DNA of 55,013 nucleotides, filler included, from Sphacelaria rigidula (Eukaryota): the NCBI GenBank assembly GCA_964200075.2. It is 5 parts of 5 records of this genome, joined end to end, with 100 filler letters (N's around TTAATTAATTAA, not from the genome) between each part and the next. Parts side by side here need not be neighbours in the genome. Positions count along the whole stretch, not along the records: positions 1 to 10,923 come from CAXNAA020005670.1; positions 11,024 to 21,946 come from CAXNAA020005671.1; 3 more parts are not named here. One strand, 5' to 3'. Both the position numbers and the translations under genes were made by a program. The notes under the pieces are model-generated. The model worked only from the letters and a program-made list of their open reading frames with translations, had not been told where the DNA came from and ran no database searches. This document shows positions 1 through 12,299 of the stretch, piece after piece (within the stretch, counting starts at the first letter, position 1; the number at the start of each line of letters is the position of its first letter).

Positions 1-63
1 CAATAGATGACCTACTCTCGCTGTCTAAGGGTTAACCAACCATCCATACAATTCCAACCAATT

Positions 64-109
64 AATTAGTTAGTTAGTTAGTTACTTAGTTAGTTAGTTA
101 CTTAGTTAG
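64..109. repeat. (TTAG)n-type microsatellite
   Basis: ttagttagttagtta... seen directly. Confidence 0.8.
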
Positions 110-215
110 AGATCGGACTAATGTGCGGAAATTAAAAAAAAATCGTCAGTCATTATTCCTGTAGGTGTAGATGAACGCCAAATTGACGTTAACGCGTACA
201 CTACACAACAACAGC

Positions 216-371
216 GTGTGTGTGTTGTCATCCCATCTACAATATCCTGAACGCTAGCCTATATCTTTCGGTATACGTGGACGCACCAGCGGGGGTCACA
301 CAGGAGAAAGGCCAACGCAGAGTTTTTTTGTCTTTTATTTGTTTCAGTTCTCCACCTTCATTCTGCGGTGT
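216..371 (-). mobile_element. Partial copy (3' part) of the tRNA-derived SINE
   Basis: Matches the 41537-41690 and 43689-43835 copies (ctttcggtata..gcaccagc.ggggtcacacagga..aggccaac). Confidence 0.7.
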
Positions 372-1071
372 ACATCATGAAAAGTATGTTAGTCAACATG
401 ATCAACCAGTAATGGTTCCGAACCTCCTCGAAGGCCTCCTGAATGGCATCCAACTAGTGTCCCGGACTCTTCATTATTATCATGATTTCCGCACATGAGT
501 GCGATCCCTCGAACCCGGGGTCTAACTGGACTAAACTCGACTGCTGGTACAGAGCGGGTCAGAGGGCGAGGTCTGGGTCATAACAGGCAGCAAGTTGACA
601 TGTCAAACGGAATCAACTGCACTAGGGGGTACAGGTACGCCAGGCTCTTGGTCCACCGTATAATGTGTCTTCTGATACTGTTCTACACACGTTTGTCTCT
701 CCGAGTGTCGCTGACTCTCTGAAGGCTCGACCACCTGTGAGCAGCGTCACCGGCGGTTTATAGCGGCATTTTGGGGTCATAGTAATGGTTGATTTATTTG
801 GGGTCATCGTGCAAATGGTTGGAGTTGTGGTCATTTGGCATACATCACTAGTAGGTACAAACGTCAACACGAGTGAAAACGATATCTCCCAACAGTGCAC
901 AGTACAGTGAGCAAAATCAAACACGTGCATTGTGGCGGCGGGTGCAAAAACCGCTGGCAATACCAACATTTTGCTGTTCATGCACGATCGTGACGTGCTG
1001 TATTCATGCAATACCCTCGCAGCAGTCGGTACCGTACGGGGCACGTCGGCCTCCTGAACCAACGGGCAGCC

Positions 1072-4000
1072 ATGGCTGAGGCAGGCGGGGGGCCAAGGGG
1101 CTCACAGCAGCAGCAGCCGCATCGTCAACAACATCCACCACAACAGCAACAGCATCATGTGCAGCAACAATATTTCCAACAGGTTCAACTACAACAGCAG
1201 CAGCAGCAGCAGCAGCAGATGCAGCTGCGGAGCGGGGCAGCGGCTGGGGGTGCAATAGGGGGGGGGGGGGGGGGGGGCCGCGGCGAACACCACATCCACC
1301 CCCCGCGGGAATGGTGTTTCCACCAAGAATGGGGCTCCCAGCTGCGGGATATCACCCGCCGCCACCGCCGCCACCACCACCCGCGTTTTTCCCGGGGTCT
1401 GCGAGTTTGTTTGAGCAACTCGACAAGAAAGTTATGGTGAGAATACTTGCTGTCACAAATATGTGCTTATATGTACACTTCGAGATACAGTAGAGGTACG
1501 TCCAGGTGTGGTGAAAATCTCTGAAAATCTGTGTAGTGTAAATAGATGGCAGCCTCGTAGTTTGGTCGTCGCATGCCGTGCGGGTAAATGGTCTGCTGTT
1601 CACAAGAATAAAATGAACCGAAGCGCGCCGTGGGTTTTTACCTTTACCTTTTGGTCACCAAGAAAGGTTGGTGATTCTTCACTGAAAAGCGGCCGTATAC
1701 AAGAATCTGACCACAAAGAAAAGCAGTGGCGTACCGTATCGTGTTGTACGGTGCCTGATAGACGGTACTGTAGAACCTTATTTTCCCCCACCAGGGTTAC
1801 TGTATAAAGATATAGTCATCAGAATCGATGTCCATCTGCTCGAGAGGAGAAGGCCCTCAGTGAACTGTGAGAAAAAAAATAGCCGCCGTGCGTGTAGGAC
1901 AGACGACTCGTAGATCTGGCCCGGAGCTCTCCAAATAGAACGTTTTTCAGGCAGTACTCGTATACCCATGCAACATTTGCGAACCCCGTGAAAAATGAGA
2001 ACGCAAGGATCATGCTTGGTGGGGAGCGACGGGGTATCTCTACACCTTCGGCGCATGAATAACAAACTTTTTTAGGTCAAGAATACGGGGATCTTTGTGG
2101 GAGCGTACATCGAACTAGAAAACATCATCACTTGAATGAGGGTACTTCATCGCATGCGGTGCAGGTGTGTGCTGGCCCTCCGACCACTGGGCGTGGCGCT
2201 GGGGTCTGTTGGGTAGATGCGAGGTACTAACCCTTGAGGTAACGGCAACTGCTGACACCTTAGATATACTGTACTGGGCAAGTTTGCAGGGTTGTTCACG
2301 ACGTCGTGCACTTGTCATCGCTGTCGCGGGGGTCGAACCATGGTCATATTTTACCGTGCATCTGACCGGGGTCAGGATCATGCTGTCGACCACGAGTGGG
2401 GCTCATGATCTCTCATTGCCGTCTTTGCCCCTTCACTCAAAGAGTGGGTACTGTGCTGTACTCCCTTGGTTACCAGGGTGGGTCACGTGAGTCGTTCTCA
2501 TTTTTCAAGCGATGCAGGCCCGATAGATGAACCACCCTGGCTGTCAGTGGGTTAATCAACAGGTCGCAGAGGGGTATCTGAACTCCACCTATTCTGAAAG
2601 TGAACGTGATGCCGATTTGACAATTGGACATGCCTGGAACGGACTAAGAGTGAGGCCTCAAAATGTACCGTCGACTTGAGGGCATCCCATTGGACAATTC
2701 TTTATTTCTTGACCACCAACATGTGGGGACTTGGCACTTAGGGAGCATTCGTGCGTTAGGATCAAGTCACAAACGTCTCCGTTGTTATTGAGGGACGGAC
2801 TGTACTCTCCAGTCTAGCCATGACGCACTAGCGCACTAGCGAGCGAGGTTAAGTTTGACATTGCCCCCAGACCTTCGAATTTCAAGTACACGTGAGAGCC
2901 AGCTCTCAGTTTCGCCTGGCCTCATCGGCACATCTCATTTTGTTTCGAGCTGGTGAATACAAATCCGAAATTCGCACATGAAGTGGAAAAATCAGAGTTG
3001 CTTATACCAGTCGTGGTAGGGGTTACTCTCTCCTTCCCCTACCTACGGCGTAGACACTGGTCGAAAAACTACATCTACATGGTAGGGATTCGCTCCCAAG
3101 CCGACATCTTGATGGAACATATGTCGCTGCGCCCCGAGGTTTGGAGCGAGGTCATGGCAGTCTGCTTTCAAAATGGAAATAATTTAAAGTGAGATATCAT
3201 TGAGATGAGTGGTCATTCAGGTGTCCATATTTCACTGCCAGATTTGCTTTTCAAGGATTCTCCTCGAGCGTTTCGCGTGTACAGTACAGTGCAGCGAGTA
3301 GCGGTCCACTACAAGTAGTCGTAGTGAAAGCATTGCAAGAGGTTCGTTTGTTGAGAGCTCCAGGCTCCTTTTCGGGGGTGGGTGGGAGGTGTGGCCTCAA
3401 CAGTCAGGTTAAACTTTTCACCTCATACTAATCCCCATCTATTAGTAGGGTTGATGAAGTTATTGTATATACTAAGCGTGCGTGGGTCACAAACCATGTT
3501 TTTTGCGGTGTATAGCAGGAGGCCGCTACCCATGTACTGAAGCGCCATACGTTGGTGTTGTTTTTTTACACCCGATACAACATCATGCATTCTGTGTGGT
3601 GGTGTCGGGCTATGTTGACTTTGTGGCACCCGGTCGCCCCGGTGGCTCAGTTGGTAACCTCGAAACCTTCTGACGGTCGGGTCGTGGGTTCGAATCTCGG
3701 AGCGACCTGGGATTTTTTCCCGTACAATGCCCCACAGTGGAGAGCGACCATGTCGTGGGTACACGAAATTCCACTTTACGATCGATGAGGAAAAGGGACT
3801 ACCGAACCCATATTGTGATGAAAAATAAATGCAAGCACCGCAGAAGGAAGGTTTGGAATTTAAAAAAAAAGAAAGAGAAAAAAACTCCTCCTGCTGGCCC
3901 TTCTCCCGTGTGACCCCCGGCTGGTGCTCCCTCATTTACCGAAAGGTGTAGACCGGCGTCCAGAAAAGATAGGACGCAACATCACGTGAAACACAATATA

Positions 4001-5677
4001 CTGGGTCAGTTTGCAAGGAGTATCTTTGGCTCCATCAGTGGCGTCACAGAAGCCTTAATTACTAGAGGCAGGCGAGCGGCATGGATGAGCCCGATGGAAG
4101 TGTTGCTGTTCCCGCTGAGACCATATCAGACAGGAATCATATTTAACGCGGCATGGACATCGGACGTGTGCGTTTTTCTCTCCGCGGGCGACTGGTAGCA
4201 TCCATAGCAGTAGCGCCGTTGCTCCCAGAATGCTCTTCACGGGACCTCAGACCTCCTCTAGGCCACACTGGACTACATCCGTCTCGTGTCTCATGAACTC
4301 GATCATCAGCTGTGTTCTCAGCTCTGTTGTGGTCGTAAAGCAGGACATGCACATATCCACACTTGAATAAAAATCCTCCCCTGTCCCCTGCCAGGAAGGA
4401 GTGTTTGCGCAAACTGGCACCGTTTTCAGACCCCCCGCCTCATCCGTCCTTCCTGAAGTCCCCGGTATGGCACGTTTGCACTCGGTGACATCTGGAGATT
4501 GTCAGGAGCTAGTACTTCAAAGACTCGCCTTCACCACGTGTACACCGAATTCTACTGCTGATAGCCTAGGGAAATGTCGAGCTTTCCGGTTGGCGCTCGC
4601 ATGCCGTTTGGTCTATTGCACAGGATATGCACGGGACAGGGGGTGACACAAGAGTAGCGAGAGCACCCCTTGCCCCCTCCCCCTTCTGCCCGTCCGAGCA
4701 AAGTTTTCTCGTTTCTCCCAATCCCGGGGCTTCTCCTCAAGCCGACTCTCTACATTTATGCTCATACATGCTTTCCTTTTATCCAACTCTAAGATCACCA
4801 CCAACCCCGTCCCCACCCCACGGCAGAGAACGTTACGGAGGGTGACACACCTATGCTGCTTCAAACGAAACGTGTGCTGACTATCCTCGTCAAGCTCTTG
4901 GGACTGAGCCCCTCAAATATCCAAATATGATTATTTAGGCCGAAATAAAGTACGTTTTAACCCTTACGTTGCGAAATTGGGCAATCTGTTGAGTCGGCAT
5001 CAACTTCACTAGAAAGAAGTATGCATGGTCCAGATAGAGTACCCTTGCGGTCTGAGGGTTAACCATGGATTTGGGTAAAAGCCAGTTTAGGGAGAAATCT
5101 ACCAGAGGGCCTTTAAGGATTTTGGGAGGTTTCACTTTTCGTATTTCAACCGTGGTGGTACCACTCCCGTGTGGGGGTAGGGATCGAGACTGGGCAGGTG
5201 ACCATCTTGTTCTGTGACGTCCGCATGGCTCGCTGCAGCTTGCCTGGATTTATCATGTACAGGGCTATCATGCCATAACATCGACGGCGGACAGAAACAA
5301 CGGTCCTATTGTGAGTCTTAAATTTTCCGATCGGTAAAGGAGTTACACCGCCCACAATTGAGTCTTTGGAGGTCGTTTTATGGAGCGGATATTCGTGTGT
5401 CTTCCGGGATCTCCTCTTATAGAAAACCCATTTGATTGACTGACCGCGCGGGGTGGAGTATATATGTACCGTACCCTTCATCCACGGCACGCGGTCATCC
5501 TCACATGTGTACTCACGTTGCAATCGCACATGGGTCCTCCCACGGCCGGGTTGTTATGGTCGCGTGTATGGCAGGTGGTACTGCGCGATGGCAGGCATCT
5601 TGTGGGGGTGATGCGGAGCTACGACCAGTTTTCGAACATCGTACTGGAGGATACGCACGAGCGACACTTTGTGGGAA
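1072..5677 (+). CDS. LSM1: LSm1-like Sm-fold protein (mRNA decapping activator), spliced, 3'-partial; exons 1072-1436 and 5575-5677
   Basis: Exon 1 ends ...[18 protein letters not shown] at a GTGAGA donor (1437). Exon 2 follows GCAG (5571-5574) and reads [34 protein letters not shown], ending at a GTGAGT donor (5678). The joined sequence is the Sm1 motif with LSm1-type PGxASL..LDKK and LRDGR..G..RSYDQF.N.VL. The ATG at 1072 needs a frame change in the G-run near 1258-1277; the alternative in-frame ATG is at 1311. The Sm2 exon was not found. Confidence 0.85.
1311..1436 (+). CDS. LSM1: LSm1 exon 1, in-frame portion (Pro-rich stretch plus start of the Sm domain)
   Basis: [42 protein letters not shown], then a phase-0 GT donor at 1437. 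Confidence 0.8.
1800..5400 (-). mobile_element. Degenerate Ty1/copia retrotransposon pol relic (integrase-RT-RNase H order) in LSm1 intron 1
   Basis: Frameshifted minus-strand remnants in copia order. Integrase-like: [19 protein letters not shown] and TGKLD..GY (~4550-4830). RT-like: YTRNARGE (~3260-3285). RNase H-like: GFANVAW..RSTS (~1900-1990). A SINE interrupts it at 3632-3995. Boundaries are approximate. Confidence 0.5.
3632..3995 (+). mobile_element. tRNA-derived SINE, near full-length copy
   Basis: The head at 3632-3707 has an A box TGGCTCAGTTGG, a B box GGTTCGAATC and GGTCGC/GCGACC end pairing. The ~290-bp body is shared with four other copies in the window. Confidence 0.8.
5575..5677 (+). 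CDS. LSM1: LSm1 exon 2 (Sm1 motif)
   Basis: CAG acceptor, [34 protein letters not shown], phase-1 GTGAGT donor. Confidence 0.88.
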
Positions 5678-6699
5678 GTGAGTGCAAGGCTTCGATATGT
5701 ACCTGATTCTGTAGTTGTCAGACATTCTTGATAAATTGAAGCACAGCATAATGTGAAGATAACACAAATACTTCCGATTTTACCGTAACGTCAAGAATGA
5801 AATGCACCAGAGGGAGGAGGAGGGGAAGGACCCGTTTGGAACGCTTGTCCCGGCAGCACAAGCGCTACTGACGATAATCAGTCGAATGTGGCAATCGAAA
5901 GTGTTTGGAAGACGTCGGTACCGTGTTCGGAACATAACTCACATGAACACGGCTCCCTAGTTGCCTACATGAATGCGGTATAAATCGACCACATTCGGGC
6001 GCCGCGCTCTCTACGTTCTCAGGAGTTGTACCGAGTTACAGCCGTCAATATACAGTTTGGCGTGTGAGGTTCTCCAAGGGAGGGACCACTCCACTCTGAA
6101 AATCGCTGGTGCAGAGGCAGATGTAGACGAAATAGTTGAACCGCACACACCATCAACGTCCCCAGAAGAATAGATGGTACAAAGACTTGCCGCGGGGGGT
6201 GTTATCTATCGCAGTATGTGTTATGCCTCAAAGACCTCGTGAGAAATCTTGTCACATTGTCTTGTGATCAACTACGATATCGGTCGTATCCCAGAGATGC
6301 ATCCGTGTTTCGGGTGTTGAAAAGCTTCGTATGGCATCTGGCTTCGCGTGGTTTAAGGGAGGGGCTTGCACAAGGTGTCCCTCGGTTCCTGTTTTTCACG
6401 TCGGATACTGTACGAGTGCTTGTGGCTCTTGTATACTACTATTAACACATGGGCTGATGTCTTGGTCCCTGTCTTGTCCCGTCTTATCGTATCACACCGA
6501 TCGGCTCTATCGATCGGCCATCGCTTACCCCGTTGTTTTCAAAAGCTGTTCCTCCGTGCATCATGCATGGTCACATCGCCTTGTACTTGCCTTGATTTGC
6601 CTTGACAGCACTTTGCTCCACCGTTCACGTGGGTGCTGGGCTGTCTACACCCGAATGGGTACTGCGTCGACTAAATGGTGCTGGCATTCGTAAGCGTAT

Positions 6700-7110
6700 T
6701 GTGTAGTCATGGCTTCAAGTATAGATAGCCCTGTCCTACATTGACGTCTTGACGGTTGATACATCGACCTCTTAGTACATGTCAATCGACGCCTTGTTCC
6801 AACACAGTTGAAACTTTGGAACCCGAGGGATATACGGAAGCAGAGGCACGGGTGCTCCGCCATGCACCCACCGTCTCTCGCTTAGCCTGTCCAAGACCGC
6901 GTCCCTACACCAATCTTTCCCCTACTCGGAGTGAGAAGCTATAGCCTACGCATACACCCATTGTCCCGGCTTAGATAAGCCACGGCCGCTGTCCACAGGC
7001 CTGTCTTGTACAGGGCATAATTACAAAGCCCGAGCTTCACCATGCCAGATATTGCTATGTCATGTTGCCGTCCTTGTGGCCTTGGTACTGGTGGAGATGT
7101 TTTGATGTTG
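6700..7110 (-). mobile_element. Copia-like integrase relic
   Basis: Frameshifted minus-strand remnants resembling GGE..F..Y...TG and LSER.G..M...R.LL...G.PKF. Confidence 0.35.
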
Positions 7111-7354
7111 CTATGATGAGGCCGTTTACTACTATAATAGTATTCACCTCAAAGATCCCTCGAGGTCCAGAAAACGCAATCCATTCCCGAAGTCAGCTAC
7201 ACAAATAATACCCCCCCCCCCCCCCAGCTGCATGATGGTCATGATGGTCCGGCGGAAACCCGGCGTGCACCGTCCCGGCTTCGTAGAGGCGGACCCCCCT
7301 TTTGTGTTGGCGTAGGTTGGCAATGATAGTATACGACATGCTACTCAACGCGTA

Positions 7355-7815
7355 AGCTAGGCAACCAGGTTACCGCTTTTGTTTTTGGACGCTTGCGTTT
7401 TTTCGCGGTACCATGATGGTGTTCGAGCTAGATTGAATTGTGCGGGGTGAGAGAACCACATTTACGCGCAAAGGGCATGACCATACTACGCAGCGTTTGA
7501 AGAGTGTGAAGCCCATGAGGCAGTCAGTGAGCCTTGGCTGTCTCTGGAAGTGGTGATGCCAAAAAACGAAGCAACACTCGGAGGCTGGCATCCAAATGCA
7601 ATACAATCAGTAGGCTTCGGGCCGACTAGTTTTGGCAGGATGTAGCTGACCCTTCATGCAACTTGCCGAACACATCACGATGCTTCGCGCTTGGTGATTG
7701 ATGCGAGCCTGGTCCGGCGGGAACCCGGCGTGCTCCGTCCCGGCTTTGTAGGGAGGGATGCGAGGTCATCAATCATACTCCTACGGCATGGAAGATGATG
7801 AGTACACCCCCCCCC
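7355..7815 (+). repeat. Dispersed ~450-bp repeat, copy 1 (copy 2 at 24817-25267)
   Basis: Shared ctaggcaaccaggttacc..., gaacacatcacga.gattcgcgcttggtgattga, cccggcgtgctccgtcccggctttgta and atgagtacacccccc. Confidence 0.75.
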
Positions 7816-9565
7816 CCCTCCCGCTGCATGACGAATTGTATTGCCCCCCGCTGGGTGGGTGGGGGTGGGAAACAAAAAGCGCTGCCTGTGCTTGGTTGAG
7901 AGCACTTATCGATCCTGGACTGGACTGCAGGTGCCATGTCTATGATATGGACAGCTGTCTTCTTCTCTCCTCCAGCGACCAAAACAACCTTTGGTCAAGG
8001 GTGTAAGGGGTGTGCAAATATTACCCCGGGCAAGGTGTGTGTTGGCAGGTCTTTCATCGGCGCCTGTGGCACCGATTTGGACATAATTGTGTTGCTCAGC
8101 GCACGATAGGAGCACTTGGGACTGTCAGTCCGATTAAAGATCATAATCTCGATGTTCACGCTCAAATAAAAGTAACTTCAACCATGGATATAATGTTCCC
8201 GAACGGGACAAACTCTATAATACTGAATTTCAAGAGTTGTAGTTTTTTTTTATGCTGACTTTGCTCCAATGTTTATCGCGTCAATAAGTTGTCGCAAAGA
8301 TACACCAAGGCCGTGTTTCATCGAGCCAGGTAAAGTCAGATTTGTGCCCACGAAAGCCACCTTCAGTCCCATTGAGGACACATTTTCCGTACAGCAGATA
8401 CTGCGACTTGGTCGAAGGGTACTTCCAGGGTATTTTTTTACTTGATGTTGGTGTGAACACTGCTATTTAGCTCTTTGATAGGGCTGATAATCCCAGACGC
8501 TGCTAATCGGCGCAGGACGGTTTTCGGTTGAAATCGACGTTACGTGTCCCTCCTTTGTCCGAGAGTTCTCGGTTCGCCTTGGGTTTGCTGAGGGTTAGGG
8601 TTAGTGATGCTATTACGACATTATATATTTCTGGGAAGTTTTGACACAGTCATTGGACCGAGTGGTGAGGCCATGTCTCACGGGGCTAAAACGTACGGCG
8701 AAGAACAAGGCAAGCACCCAAAATCACCATTTCGATCAGTCATCCTGCCGCGTGATATCACGGCGACCAATCAGCATGCTGCTTTTGAACGCTTGCTTTG
8801 CTCATCGCTGTTTGTTTTTCTGCTCGTAAGATGGGTGCCAGTACGAGCTCCAGATTCTCGCTATCCAAATGCAAGCCAGATCTGCGCACAGCTTCAAAAT
8901 GCGGCGGTTCTAGCAGTGGCCGTCGGTCGAATCTCTCTCTGCTGATATGAAGGAGCCGCGACAAGAAAGCACAGCACGCACTCACCGATCCCCGAAAAAG
9001 CACGCGCATTAGCTTCACCGGTAGTCCTTGCTTCTACACAGTAGCATTGTTCGACCACTCCGTTAGATATTGGGGGAACGGTGACCGCGTACGTGTCAAT
9101 CGCAACCGAAAACGTGCCTTCGCTGACCTTCGTGTGTAGGTGTTTTTCGGGGCGCGTCTCACACAACCTAGTGCTTCTCGATGGATTCTGATCGATTTGA
9201 TCAAAGCAAGGCCCAACGTGCTCAGCTGATGAGGAGAACCGGCTTGAGTTCCATGTCTTTCGTCGGCGGGAGTAGTGAGGAGTGTGGCCCTCGGTTTGAC
9301 GTGGTTTTGTGTCGGGTCACGTGTCACGTGTCACACCCTTGTACTACCCTCACGTTCATGTTCCCCTGCGAGCAAACACTTGCCGGTTCGCACACACACA
9401 TCTTTCTGGGTCTTTTTAGAGGGTGGTCTTACACTCGACCAATCATGTTCGAACAGATTTTGCTGCCTCGGTAAGACATGATCTAATCCTTCGAAGGCCT
9501 GAATCTCTACCGTAGTACGCCCTGCGCAAGATCCCCGCGTAGTGAGTGATCCCCCCCCCCCCCCT

Positions 9566-9637
9566 CCGTCTCGAAAGGGATGCGTGGTCGATGGTCAAAC
9601 GACTAAGGCAAGCAACAAATGAGTACGCCCCCCCCCC
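9566..9637 (+). repeat. Short ~70-bp dispersed repeat (also at 23428-23490 on + and 37946-38014 on -)
   Basis: tctcgaaagggatgcgtggtc(g/a)atggt..aacgact.a.g.aagcaacaaatgagtac is present in three places. Confidence 0.8.
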
Positions 9638-9934
9638 TCCCCGGCGCGCTCTGATTGAACCCAGAGAGTTAATATGTCGGTCATCTCCTACACCATGCTG
9701 GTGTTGTATGATTGGTCTGCTGTCCTGAACGTCAACCAAACGACATGCGATTCCTCGAAAGTTCGCCAAAAACCAACACATGCCCAAAATCGAAAAGTTG
9801 AACGCTTTTTTTTATCGAAAAAGCTTCATCATGAGGTGTTGAGATGCTACGAAGATGCAAACGTGTGCCTCAATATTTCAGAGCATGCAGCATTACGTAC
9901 AGGCATTGGTAACGGGAAAACCCATGCACTCATA

Positions 9935-10848
9935 CGAGCTAGACCGGCCTAGATGCGGATTTTGACTCTCAAAGCAATATGTCATCGACACATACGAGTT
10001 GGACCGTGATCTGCATATATCGTATTATTTGTCTACTCAAGGGAAAGGTGCCCATCTGCTCAAAAGTATGGGCCATTTTTTTCTCCCTGATTAAATGCCA
10101 TGTCTAGTAATTCCTATACCATACGGAGATAGCGTCGATACTGAAGTCTACATGAAACTCCGAACGATATATACAGCGGATGATAACAATTTTTGGTGTG
10201 GACATTCCCTGGAGCACGGAAACCGATCGATACCTCCACTTTTGCCTAATTTGTCATCTGTCTCGCGATATGGCGCGCATCAGGTTCTATTATACTATAA
10301 TCAATACATTTCAAGCAGAGGCACTTGATGCACTGAATGTGGATATTGCGTCTCAGTTTTTGAGAGTTGTGCTTAAAAACTTCGTATGGAAAATCGCTAG
10401 TGTATAATGAAGAAAAACATCGTATTTCGTTTTCTTCGTTTTTTCTTCAATTTTTTAGGGGAGTTACAAAAATGGGTAATGGTCTCGGACCTCATCTCAG
10501 TTTTCCAGCTCAATTTTGAAAAAAGATGTGAAACTCATCATGGAAAGTTGCAAAGGCATGCCGAAGAAGAACGATACGGGCCTTCTCGTGAAAATATGGT
10601 CTTGACCATCCTCGAGCGTCCTGAGGAAGTGAAGAAAAAAATGTTTATCAACCTTTCCCACTTTTTTTGGTTGGTAGTGGCCTAGCGAGGTCCCCCACAA
10701 AGATTCAAGACACAAGTACCAAACCTGGGCCGGTAAATGGCCTGGAAAATATTGTTCGGAATTTCGCCCAGCCCGGTTCCTAAATCATCCCGTCGACACT
10801 CAATTTTGGGAGTTGGACTTTCAAAATTGGTATGAGCTGGTCCAGCTG
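9935..10848. mobile_element. Non-autonomous DNA transposon (MITE-like) of the TA-CGAGCTGGGCC terminal family
   Basis: Begins TA|CGAGCT at 9933-9940. 9935-10420 is an inverted homolog of 22343-22826. It ends in a degenerate tggtccagctg. Confidence 0.55.
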
Positions 10849-12299
10849 TGAAAGAGAACATTTCCCGAGAACACCACAACTTGTCAGGTTTACCGAATCA
10901 GTGCGAATTGAGCATATCGCTGTNNNNNNNNNNNNNNNNNNNNNNNNNNNNNNNNNNNNNNNNNNNNTTAATTAATTAANNNNNNNNNNNNNNNNNNNNN
11001 NNNNNNNNNNNNNNNNNNNNNNNCGCCGTTATACATACTCCTGGTGCAGCGTAGGCGGGGGGCGTTACTTTGGAATATCCGATACAGGCTGTCACTTTGT
11101 AGGCTGTGATCTTACGGCATATCTTATCCTGCACTTTGTGCTGTACGTTCCCACGACACCACCTCTATACTGGGGTTGGTCATGTCTGACCGTTGCACAA
11201 CCGTACTTTGTGCTGCGTGAGGTGTATTACTCCGGCTGGCGCTGTCGCGTTTGGACCGTCTGTCCTTGTGGGTGGCGTTGGGGTTTCATGCAATAATATT
11301 GTATACCTTCTGTCTTCTGGTATGGAAGACCGTTACATCGTTAGTCAGTTATACTGGACTGTAGTGAGGTGTAGTTACTGACTGTAGTTGTAGTTGGGTT
11401 AGGCTAGTTGCGAAAGACTGTCCCGGTCGATTGTCGACCGTTTGCTAGAATATCGTCTGTCTGGAAGCTTGCAATCACGTCCGCCTGGTGTCTTCTACAT
11501 AATCCTGCGTGCCTCGCAGCGTTTTCACTTGCCGCGGTTACTGTATTTACGTTTGGTGAGCGAGCGGGGGGGGGGCGGTGTGCGCCGGGGGGTAATGGGC
11601 TGCCCCCAACCGCTCTTGCAGCTTTTTCAGCGAAACGCCTGGCAGCGTCCTGGCCGTACTTCTCAGCCACGTCTTCCAGCTGAACGTGAATTGCATATGG
11701 GTCGCACTTCAGCGCTTCCACATGTGGCGACGGGATTTCCACGTGCTCTGCCATATCGTTGTCGCCGGTCGTACAGTGTGGCTTCCTGCGCTCGCCAACT
11801 CTTGATGATTCAGCCCACCAAAGCGGCGCACTACTCCAAGTTCAAGTATACTCGTGCGCCAGTTCGAGTTCAAGTATACTGATGTGACGTATTCGTCCAC
11901 CGAACTCGAAATGAGGTATTTCACAAATTCTGCTGACAAAAATCACATATATAAGAGTTTGTACTGTTTTGCGAGAGTTTTGTGGATGCACACAATTGGA
12001 CACACTTCGCCCGTCGCGTGATACCATTGGACAAACCCAACCCGACCGCTCCGGGATTTCATTTTCGGTATCTCCATGACGTGTGCGTCTGGAGCCTTCT
12101 CTGGTCTTCAACAGAAAAAATGGTCGCCGTCGGCATTTTCTGTTCCATCTCTTCTTTGTCAGGGCTTCTCAATGAGGCGTCTGGCCCGGGGACGGGAGGG
12201 GAGGGTTCCAAAGGAGTTAATTCAATCCGTAATACGTTCAAAATATTGAGCGCAAGGTCATTTCTGTATCGGAATTGGATGCCTCTATCTCCCCATCTC

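Noticed and set aside
3632-3707. tRNA-like sequence with A and B boxes
   Set aside because: It lacks a canonical anticodon arm and is always attached to the same ~290-bp body in multiple copies, so it is a SINE head and not a tRNA gene.
7438-7458. IVRGE peptide resembling the missing LSm1 Sm2 motif
   Set aside because: It lies inside a dispersed repeat (second copy near 24893) and the flanking residues do not match Sm2.
10924-11023. TTAATTAATTAA palindrome centred in N-runs (also 21947-22046, 32970-33069, 43992-44091)
   Set aside because: An identical stop-codon linker inside 100-nt gaps is an assembly or scaffolding artefact, not biology.
11404-11754. 116-aa minus-strand ORF, possibly a retrotransposon gag fragment
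   Set aside because: The resemblance is too vague to assign without a search.
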